Source: Thermodesulfobacteriota bacterium
GTDB taxonomy: Bacteria > Desulfobacterota_D > UBA1144 > Nemesobacterales > JAJCZQ01
Length of the DNA: 64,000 nt
Assembly (NCBI GenBank): GCA_965203965.1
Contig: CBDBDR010000017.1
Span: 1,152,001 to 1,216,000 of the forward strand
Direction: 5' to 3'
Below are positions 56,398-64,000 of this stretch, one piece after another; the first letter of the stretch is position 1, and each line of letters starts with the position of its first letter. The notes under the pieces are model-generated. The model had not been told where the DNA came from, did no database searches, and saw only the letters and a list, made by a program, of their open reading frames with translations. Position numbers and translations under genes: made by a program.

Positions 56398-57942
56398 ATG
56401 AAGGAAAAGATAAAACTGCTTGAACAAAAAGAAAAAGAAGCTGAAATAGGTGGCGGTAAAGAAAGGATAAAAAGGCAACACAAACTGAAAAAACTGACCG
56501 CAAGGGAAAGAATAGAACTTCTTTTGGATAAGAGCAGTTTTGTTGAACTTGATAAATTTGTTGTTCATAAGTGTGATGATTTTGGAATGGGAGAGAAAAA
56601 GTTTTTAGGTGATGGAGTTGTTACTGGGTATGGGAAAGTTGACGGCAGACAGGTTTTTGTTTTCGCACAGGATTTTACCGTTTTTGGAGGCTCTCTCGGA
56701 CTCGCTCACGGTAGAAAGATCTGCAAAATAATGGACAGAGCAATAGAGGTAGGCGCTCCCGTAATTGGTCTTAATGATTCAGGTGGTGCCAGAATACAGG
56801 AGGGAGTGGAAAGCCTTGGATCTTATGCAGACATATTTTTAAGGAACGTCCTCGCATCTGGTGTGGTACCTCAAATTGCAGCAATAATGGGACCATGCGC
56901 CGGCGGTGCAGTCTATTCACCTGCAATGAACGATTTTACAATAATGACAAAAGAGAGCAGTTATATGTTCATTACGGGACCGGACGTTATAAAATCTGTT
57001 ACACGTGAAGAAGTATCCCCTGAGGATCTTGGCGGTGCAACAGTGCATAATTCTAAGAGTGGAGTGGCACATTTTGCCGTAGAAAATGATGAAGACTCCA
57101 TATCTACAATTAAAGAGCTACTGGGTTTTCTTCCTTCCAATAACATGGAAGACCCTCTCAGGATAAAATGCGATGACCCCATTGACAGAAAAGATGAAAG
57201 CCTTCGTGATATTATTCCCACCAATCCAAATAAGCCTTATGATGTGAAACAGGTAATAGATAAAGTTGTTGACGATGGATATTTTTTTGAGGTGCAGGAG
57301 CATTTTGCCCAAAATATTGTTGTGGGATTTGCGAGGATAAACGGCAGGTCGGTTGGCATTGTCGGAAATCAACCTATTGTATTGGCTGGCTGTCTCGACA
57401 TTGACGCGTCGGTAAAAGCCGGGAGGTTTGTCAGATTTTGCGACTGCTTTAACATACCCATCATTTCTTTTGTAGATGTCCCGGGTTTTCTGCCCGGAAC
57501 AAATCAGGAATGGAACGGTATTATAAGACACGGTGCAAAACTACTTTATGCATATTGTGAAGCAACCGTCCCGAGAATAACGGTTATTACCAGAAAAGCC
57601 TACGGTGGCGCCTATGACGTTATGTCATCAAAGCACATACGCGGAGACATAAACCTCGCATATCCAACGGCTGAAATTGCCGTTATGGGTTCTGATGGAG
57701 CCGTAAATATAATATTTAAAGGACAAATTACTGCCACTGACGACCCGGATTCCGAGAGATTAAAACTTATAGAAGAATACAAAAAGAACTTTGCCAATCC
57801 TTATAGAGCTGCAGAACTTGGATACATAGATGAAGTCATAAGACCAGAAGATACAAGACACAGAATTGCATTGGCACTGGACATGCTGGACGGAAAGAGA
57901 CAGGTAAATCCCCCTAAAAAACACGGTAATATACCGCTCTGA
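56398..57942 (+). CDS. pccB: Acyl-CoA (propionyl/methylmalonyl-CoA) carboxylase carboxyltransferase subunit
   Basis: [42 protein letters not shown] and KKHGNIPL motifs. Confidence 0.93.
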   Translation: MKEKIKLLEQKEKEAEIGGGKERIKRQHKLKKLTARERIELLLDKSSFVELDKFVVHKCDDFGMGEKKFLGDGVVTGYGKVDGRQVFVFAQDFTVFGGSLGLAHGRKICKIMDRAIEVGAPVIGLNDSGGARIQEGVESLGSYADIFLRNVLASGVVPQIAAIMGPCAGGAVYSPAMNDFTIMTKESSYMFITGPDVIKSVTREEVSPEDLGGATVHNSKSGVAHFAVENDEDSISTIKELLGFLPSNNMEDPLRIKCDDPIDRKDESLRDIIPTNPNKPYDVKQVIDKVVDDGYFFEVQEHFAQNIVVGFARINGRSVGIVGNQPIVLAGCLDIDASVKAGRFVRFCDCFNIPIISFVDVPGFLPGTNQEWNGIIRHGAKLLYAYCEATVPRITVITRKAYGGAYDVMSSKHIRGDINLAYPTAEIAVMGSDGAVNIIFKGQITATDDPDSERLKLIEEYKKNFANPYRAAELGYIDEVIRPEDTRHRIALALDMLDGKRQVNPPKKHGNIPL

Positions 57943-57953
57943 AAAAGGAAGAC

Positions 57954-59456
57954 ATGATGTTTGAGAAAATACTTATTGCAAACAGAGGCGAGATAGCTGT
58001 CAGGATAATCAGGGCATGTAGAGAACTTGGTATCAAGACAGTTGCAGTGTATTCAGACGCAGACAGAAACTCAATGCACGTGGCACTTGCGGATGAGGCT
58101 TATAACATCGGCGCTCCAAAGCCATCTGAAAGCTATCTAGTAAAAGAAAAGATAATAGGAGTTGCAAAAAAATCAGGTGCTCAAGCTATTCATCCGGGAT
58201 TTGGATTCCTATCCGAAAACCACTCCTTTGCAGAACTTTGTGAGAAAGAAGGTATTGCTTTTATAGGACCAAAAGCTGAGGCAATTGAGCTCATGGGAGA
58301 TAAGATCACTGCGAGAAAAATTGCAAGCGATGCAAAAATTCCACTTGTACCGGGTTCCGAGGGTGTCGTGAGTGACCTGGAAGCCTCAAGGGTTGCAGAT
58401 AAAATCGGCTACCCAATAATGATAAAAGCCTCCGCAGGTGGAGGCGGTAAAGGAATGAGAATTGTAAAAAACAGTGATGAATTTGAAAGCTCTTTAAGAA
58501 TGGCAAAGAGTGAGGCACTTTCTGCATTTGGAGAGGACTCTATATTTGTGGAAAGATTTATAGAAAAACCTAGACACATTGAAATACAGATCCTTGCAGA
58601 TTCACGCGGAAAAGTCCTTTATCTTTTTGAAAGAGAATGCTCAATCCAAAGACGCCATCAGAAAGTGATAGAGGAAGCTCCTTCAGCTTTTATCAAGGCA
58701 AAAACAAGAAAGAAAATGGGTGAGACTGCGGTCAGAATAGCTAAAGCCGTCAACTATGAAGGGGCAGGCACGGTGGAATTCATCATGGATCAGGATGAGA
58801 ATTTCTATTTTCTTGAAATGAATACGAGGATACAAGTTGAGCATCCCGTTACGGAAATGATAACTGGGATTGATATTGTAAAATGGATGATAAGGGTCAG
58901 TTGCGGAGAGCCACTTCCTTTTAAGCAGTCGGAACTTAAAATAAACGGTCATGCGATGGAATGTAGAATTTACGCAGAAGATCCGGAAACCAACTTTCTG
59001 CCTTCGCCGGGACTCCTTCAATATGTTAAAGTCCCCGCGGGATTGGGTATTAGGGATGACTCCTCAATTTACAGTGGGTATGAAGTTACATCGTATTACG
59101 ACCCCATGCTGTCCAAATTAATTACTTGGGGTGAGTCACGTGAAGATGCTATTAATAAAATGACATCGGCGCTGAAAGAGTATATTGTCATGGGGGTAAA
59201 AACCAATCTGGGATTTTTAATCCGTGTTATGGGGGATGATGAGTTTAAAAAAGCCGCCATAGATACAAATTATATTGAACGTCACCCGGAACTCCTAAAA
59301 CCAGATTCTGAAAAAATTGAACAAGTCCTGATAGCTTCGGCGCTTGTAATGCAAAATACAACCGTTGAAGACAGTGGCGGTGAGAAATCTAACACAAGTT
59401 CAAACTGGAAGACTTTCTCAAGGAGAATGAGTGTTTCGGGCAATCCTCTGATATGA
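57954..59456 (+). CDS. accC: Biotin carboxylase subunit of acyl-CoA carboxylase
   Basis: IANRGEIA, HPGFGFLSE, GGGGKGMR, RECSIQRRHQK and EMNTRIQVEH motifs. Confidence 0.93.
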   Translation: MMFEKILIANRGEIAVRIIRACRELGIKTVAVYSDADRNSMHVALADEAYNIGAPKPSESYLVKEKIIGVAKKSGAQAIHPGFGFLSENHSFAELCEKEGIAFIGPKAEAIELMGDKITARKIASDAKIPLVPGSEGVVSDLEASRVADKIGYPIMIKASAGGGGKGMRIVKNSDEFESSLRMAKSEALSAFGEDSIFVERFIEKPRHIEIQILADSRGKVLYLFERECSIQRRHQKVIEEAPSAFIKAKTRKKMGETAVRIAKAVNYEGAGTVEFIMDQDENFYFLEMNTRIQVEHPVTEMITGIDIVKWMIRVSCGEPLPFKQSELKINGHAMECRIYAEDPETNFLPSPGLLQYVKVPAGLGIRDDSSIYSGYEVTSYYDPMLSKLITWGESREDAINKMTSALKEYIVMGVKTNLGFLIRVMGDDEFKKAAIDTNYIERHPELLKPDSEKIEQVLIASALVMQNTTVEDSGGEKSNTSSNWKTFSRRMSVSGNPLI

Positions 59457-59944
59457 ACTACAACTTTAAACTGAATAACCAAATCTATAAAGTCGGATTT
59501 GAACAAGATGAAAATACAGCTCTGATTGAGATCAACGGGGAAAAACACCGGGCTGAATACAGTCAGATTGATACAAACCTGATTTCAATCATTCTGAAGG
59601 GGGAATCCGTAACAATTGGATTTTTTAAGTCGCAAAGGAAATTGCAGATTTTCTATAATGGTGATCTTTACGAGGTTGAGCCGATTTCAGGAAGGGATTT
59701 ATCTAAGTCTGCCAACATGGGAAGTGGACTTGAAATAGTTTCTCCGATGCCGAGTCGCGTTGTGAAAATTTTGAAAAAAGAGGGTGACACTGTTACTCAA
59801 GGCGAAGGTGTAGTTACAGTGGAAGCCATGAAAATGGAAAGTGAGCTTAAAGCACTCCAATCTGGTAAGATCAAAACAATACGGATCAAAGAAGGTGATG
59901 CCGTTGAGGCAAATGCCATTGTTGTGGTATTGTCTTCAAAGTAA
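59453..59944 (+). CDS. Biotin carboxyl carrier protein
   Basis: SPMP...VEAMKME biotinylation motif. Confidence 0.92.
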   Translation: MNYNFKLNNQIYKVGFEQDENTALIEINGEKHRAEYSQIDTNLISIILKGESVTIGFFKSQRKLQIFYNGDLYEVEPISGRDLSKSANMGSGLEIVSPMPSRVVKILKKEGDTVTQGEGVVTVEAMKMESELKALQSGKIKTIRIKEGDAVEANAIVVVLSSK

Positions 59945-60103
59945 AAGCGTGAGATCATGTTCAACCGTTGACAATGAAATACAACAGGAAATCCAGAAAG
60001 GACAAAGAGCAAAAAACCCCCTCTGTTCCTCCTGATAGAAGAAGGGAATGAAAGCACCATTCCTACTCCTCTTAAGTCATACTTGCAAAAGAAAACAGAA
60101 GAT

Positions 60104-60991
60104 TTATTCCAGAAAAAACTTATACCCGATCGATTTATAGATAAGTTTAGCTGTCAGAACGTTGGGTCCGTGAAACCCTTTTACGGGAGACAGTTCTACG
60201 ACGTCCATACCAATAACTTCCTTTTGTAGGAAGAGCTTTTTTAAAAGAGTCAGCACTTGCTGCCAGCTTAAGCCCCCGGGTTCGGGAGTGCCAGTTGTTG
60301 AAATAATTGAAGGATCAAAACCGTCAACGTCAATGCTGAGATAAACCCTGTCCTTCAGGTTTGATAATACCCGTGATTGCCAAATATCTTTACCACTGTT
60401 GTGTATTTCATCTGCTTTAAGGATCATGGTATTTTCGGAATTTGTAATAAACTCCGATTCTTCTTTTGAGTAGCTTCTGATACCAACTTCCACTATGGGG
60501 ATGCCCTGCTCCACCACTCTTCGCATGACCGTTGCGTGACAGTGTTTTCTTCCTTCATACTCGTTTCTTAGATCACAGTGAGCATCAATGGATAAAACTG
60601 AAAAATCGTATCTTGCAGATATAAAAGATCTAATGCAACCGAGGCTTATTGTGTGTTCGCCACCTAAGCTGATTATGAATTTTTCTTTTTTCAATAGATA
60701 GTTGCAGATTTTCTGAACTTTATCAATCATTTTTTTAGGTTCAAAATCACAATTTATTTGTTCCAAAGTATGGATACCAATATCGCAAGGTTCACAATTA
60801 ACTTCATCATCATATAGCTCAATTGATCTTGATGCGTCTATTATAGCGAGAGGCCCCATTGCCGTTCCTTTTCCATAGGAAACAGTTTTTTCATAGGGGA
60901 TGGGAAGAATTACGGCTTTTGCTTTATTGAAATTTGAGTATTTGTCCTCGAGGTCTAAAAAACTTTCAGTATACTTCGACATTGAGGTCAA
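60104..60991 (-). CDS. speB: Agmatinase (ureohydrolase)
   Basis: GGEHT, DAHCD, SIDVDGFDP and GTPEPGG motifs. Confidence 0.92.
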   Translation of the reverse strand: MTSMSKYTESFLDLEDKYSNFNKAKAVILPIPYEKTVSYGKGTAMGPLAIIDASRSIELYDDEVNCEPCDIGIHTLEQINCDFEPKKMIDKVQKICNYLLKKEKFIISLGGEHTISLGCIRSFISARYDFSVLSIDAHCDLRNEYEGRKHCHATVMRRVVEQGIPIVEVGIRSYSKEESEFITNSENTMILKADEIHNSGKDIWQSRVLSNLKDRVYLSIDVDGFDPSIISTTGTPEPGGLSWQQVLTLLKKLFLQKEVIGMDVVELSPVKGFHGPNVLTAKLIYKSIGYKFFLE

Positions 60992-60994
60992 CGA

Positions 60995-61666
60995 TTAGAA
61001 AGCTCGACCTGTTTTTTCAATACCACCTTTAATCAAACCCTGCCTTACTAATTCTCTGTGGGCAAGAGTGTGGCTGCCGAGTTTTTTGAGTTTTTCAATA
61101 TCCTCAGGTCTGTCAATGTCAAGTGCGATGTTTTCAACTTCATAAATCTCATAAGGGATTTTTTTTTCATCGGCTTGTTCCCTGTGTTTTCTGAAACTGT
61201 CATTGCCAAACATGGATTTAATCACGTCTGGTGGTTTTCTTAATATTGCGTTTGTACCAAGTTTATCTTCTGAAGGCACTAATATCAGGTGAGGGTGATC
61301 TTTTACTTTATTCAGTATAAAATCAATGTCTTCAGCCGTCATAAGTGGGGCATCAGCAGGTATAACCAAGACGGAATCGGCTCCCAGTTCACTGCAAACT
61401 CTAACGGCATAATCAACAGAGGAGCTTTCGCTTTGCTGTTCTCTTTCTTCAATGATTACAAAGCCGTATTTACTTGCCACAAGAATTGCTTGTTTATCCA
61501 TTGTTACCACTGCAACCTTATCGGCAAGTGCGGATTTGGTAGCTGAATTGTATACGTCCTCAAGCATAGCATAAGCAAGAGCCGTTCTGTTTTGCTGTGA
61601 TAGAACGGGGGAAAGCCTTTTATTGGCAAATTTGAGGTTTTTCACTGGTATTAAAACAAATTTCAC
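60995..61666 (-). CDS. cofC: 2-phospho-L-lactate/PEP guanylyltransferase (F420 pathway)
   Basis: LIPVK..ANKRLSPVL, AMLEDV, IPADAP, GTNA, FGNDSFRKH and LDIDRPED motifs typical of CofC/FbiD. Confidence 0.85.
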   Translation of the reverse strand: MKFVLIPVKNLKFANKRLSPVLSQQNRTALAYAMLEDVYNSATKSALADKVAVVTMDKQAILVASKYGFVIIEEREQQSESSSVDYAVRVCSELGADSVLVIPADAPLMTAEDIDFILNKVKDHPHLILVPSEDKLGTNAILRKPPDVIKSMFGNDSFRKHREQADEKKIPYEIYEVENIALDIDRPEDIEKLKKLGSHTLAHRELVRQGLIKGGIEKTGRAF

Positions 61667-61802
61667 AGAAAAAATTTACAGTAGTTTAAACTTTTTACTA
61701 TAAAAAAATTATAGTATTCTTAACTGTCTTGTTATTGACAAAAAGAATCAGGACTGCGGGTATGAGTGAAGTTAGTTTAGAGGTTAGGGTAATCCATCAA
61801 AC

Positions 61803-62498
61803 ATGGGCGAAGATAAGCAGTATTTGAATCACAGATCCAGACTCAGGAATAGATTTCGTGAGTCCGGCATAGATAGTTTGGAAAATTATGAAAAGCTGGA
61901 ACTTCTCCTGATGTATTGCGTTCCTGTAAAAGATGTCAAGCCAATGGGAAAAAGATTGATGAAGAAATTTAACAACTCTATTTCTTTGGTTATGGATGCG
62001 GATTTTAATGAGTTGCAAAAGGTGAAAGGTGTAGGTCCGGTTTCGGCAACCCTGATAAAATTTGTCAGGGATCTAATGACAACTTATAACTGTGAGAAGA
62101 TGACGGGTTCATCTTATTATCTTAATTCGCCGACAAAGGTCGTGGATTTCGCCAGATTGAAGATCGGTGCATTGAAAAACGAAGTGTTTATGGTCATTTT
62201 TCTCAACACCAAAAACAAGGTTATTTGCCATGAACTTATTTTGGAAGGAACAATTGACAGTGTGCCCGTTTACCCAAGACGGCTGATTAAGATGGCTTTT
62301 GACAAAAACGCCTCGTCAATAATACTGGTTCACAATCATCCCAGCGGAGATACGGAACCATCCATAAATGACGTTGAGCTTACAAAGCAAATTGAAGAAC
62401 TATCCATCAGCCTGGATATTAGGTTGCTTGACCATCTGATTGTTTCAAAAGACGAATACTACAGTTTCAGCAGTAATGGACGGTTGTCGTCGTCCTGA
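61803..62498 (+). CDS. radC: RadC family JAB-domain protein
   Basis: HRSRLR N-terminus, HhH (VKGVG), HNHPSGD..PS..D and LLDHLIV motifs. Confidence 0.93.
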   Translation: MGEDKQYLNHRSRLRNRFRESGIDSLENYEKLELLLMYCVPVKDVKPMGKRLMKKFNNSISLVMDADFNELQKVKGVGPVSATLIKFVRDLMTTYNCEKMTGSSYYLNSPTKVVDFARLKIGALKNEVFMVIFLNTKNKVICHELILEGTIDSVPVYPRRLIKMAFDKNASSIILVHNHPSGDTEPSINDVELTKQIEELSISLDIRLLDHLIVSKDEYYSFSSNGRLSSS

Positions 62499-62580
62499 GT
62501 ATTTACGGTTGGAACGCAGGTATGACACAAGGCAGTGAGCAGGTGTGAAATTTGCATTCCGTGCGTGCTAATCTGAGAGA

Positions 62581-62901
62581 TCAGTTTATGTTATCTCTCA
62601 ATTTATACTTTCCATTTTCAAATTCGGAAAATATCATATTTAGAAGAGGGTGTTTTACGGGTTTTTTTGTCGTGTCGGCTACAAGGTGTCTCTCCGCCAC
62701 GTAGGTTTGAAATTTACTTCCTTCAGCTATAACGTGATACCACGGTTTGTCTTTTGGAGGTTTTGATTTTGCTACCGAATCATACCACTCTTCAGTTCCA
62801 CTGAAAACAGGGTCTACGTCAGCTATTACACCCCTGTAATCAAATTTTACGTGACTAACTACTTGCCCGAGAGAAAATTTTGCCGATTTTTCTTCAGTCA
62901 T
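62581..62901 (-). CDS. hspQ: Heat shock protein HspQ / YccV-like hemimethylated DNA-binding domain
   Basis: AKFSLGQVV.H..FDYRGVI.DVDP, PWYHV and TYVAE motifs. Confidence 0.9.
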   Translation of the reverse strand: MTEEKSAKFSLGQVVSHVKFDYRGVIADVDPVFSGTEEWYDSVAKSKPPKDKPWYHVIAEGSKFQTYVAERHLVADTTKKPVKHPLLNMIFSEFENGKYKLRDNIN

Positions 62902-62999
62902 GCGCTCTAATTTAGCACATTTGAATTGTATAACAAAAAATTGTCACTCATAAAATCTTTTCTTTAACAACTATTAGGTGATTGATATAATTTCTCTTT

Positions 63000-64000
63000 A
63001 TGAAATCTGAAACTCCAATGATCAAGCAATACAACAAAATCAAAAAGGATTATCCTGATTCTATACTTTTCTTTCGTCTTGGGGATTTTTACGAGATGTT
63101 TTTTGAAGACGCAAGAACTGCTTCAAGGGTGCTTGACATTGCCTTAACTTCTAGAAATAAGTCAAGTAAAAACTCAATACCACTATGCGGTGTGCCTCAC
63201 CACAGTGCCGAGACATACCTCACCAGACTTTTGAAAAATGGATACAAAGTCGCCATATGCGAACAGATTACAGATCCAAAAGATGCTAAAGGTGTTGTAG
63301 AGAGAAAAGTGGTGAAAGTTTTAACTCCCGGGACAATTTTGGATTCGGAAAGTTTAGAATCTAAATCCAACAACTATATTGCATCCATCTATTTAAGCAC
63401 GGAGGAATTTGCCGTTTCCTATTGTGACATATCAACTGGGGAACTCAGGGTGACTTACTTTAATAGACGGGAAGATATGCTGGATGAAATTATGCGGCTT
63501 GAGCCAAGAGAGATACTTATAGATCCTAGTAAGAAGGAATTTCTGTCTTTAATAAAAAATTCCCTAAACCCACTTGTTACGGAGATAGATGAGATAGAAT
63601 GGGATTACAAAAATTCTGAAAATATACTGTTGAAACACTTGAACGTTGCCACCTTGAAAGCCTTTGGAATAGAAAATAAAACCAGTCTGATGATTTCATC
63701 GGCAGTGCTTATTAATTATTTAATAGAAACCCAGATGGATTTTATGCCCGAGTTGCAAGAGCCCCATTACTACAAAACGAGCGATTATCTGGAAATAGAT
63801 GATTCAACCAGAAAAAACTTGGAGATATTCAAATCCCTTGACGGTAGTATAAAGGGACCTTGTCTGCTGTCCGTCATAGACATGACGGTATCTGCTATGG
63901 GTGGAAGATTGATAAAGAAGTGGCTTCATTATCCGCTTAAAGACGTCGACAGTATTACTTCAAGGCTCAATTCCGTGTGTGAATTGAAGGTAGATTTTAA
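63000..64000 (+). CDS. mutS: DNA mismatch repair protein MutS (runs off the window end)
   Basis: Manual translation from the ATG at 63000 gives MKSETPMIKQYNKIKKDYPDSILFFRLGDFYEMFFEDA, then CGVPHH, GYKVAICEQ, LTPGT and TRKNLEI. Confidence 0.96.
   Translation, partial: MKSETPMIKQYNKIKKDYPDSILFFRLGDFYEMFFEDARTASRVLDIALTSRNKSSKNSIPLCGVPHHSAETYLTRLLKNGYKVAICEQITDPKDAKGVVERKVVKVLTPGTILDSESLESKSNNYIASIYLSTEEFAVSYCDISTGELRVTYFNRREDMLDEIMRLEPREILIDPSKKEFLSLIKNSLNPLVTEIDEIEWDYKNSENILLKHLNVATLKAFGIENKTSLMISSAVLINYLIETQMDFMPELQEPHYYKTSDYLEIDDSTRKNLEIFKSLDGSIKGPCLLSVIDMTVSAMGGRLIKKWLHYPLKDVDSITSRLNSVCELKVDF

Noticed and set aside
61803..62498. radC as a marker of a mobile element
   Set aside because: It is the full-length chromosomal form with the HhH domain, among housekeeping genes.

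Overview
This is an AT-rich bacterial chromosomal window spanning the replication origin. The gene content is Desulfobacterota-like; this taxonomic guess is inference only. It holds dnaA-dnaN with an intergenic oriC unwinding module (tandem DnaA boxes plus DnaA-trios) and three parS palindromes around mnmE. Most other genes are housekeeping: pheA, gspL/M/N-like, comF, comM, leuA, ETF-QO, pabB/pabC, folE2, dnaE, lon, ispH, dnaB, gshB, gatCA, tRNA-Gln, pcrA, pheT, ihfA, tilS, ppk2, an acyl-CoA carboxylase, speB, cofC, radC, hspQ and mutS. The main accessory region (about 24.1-35.4 kb) is a nested defence island. In it a type I R-M system (hsdM-hsdS ... hsdR) is split by a GHKL-ATPase/PD-(D/E)XK nuclease + C5-methyltransferase + Vsr module and by an AAA+/DUF4143 ATPase-nuclease preceded by five phased 23-bp tandem repeats that end exactly at its ATG. 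Other notable structures are a 337-bp near-perfect direct repeat flanking mnmE that carries parS and DnaA-like boxes, a dispersed short palindromic repeat family with one copy read in frame inside hsdS, and a MazG-like pyrophosphatase inside a folate gene cluster. All calls come from motif recognition by eye; no database searches were run.
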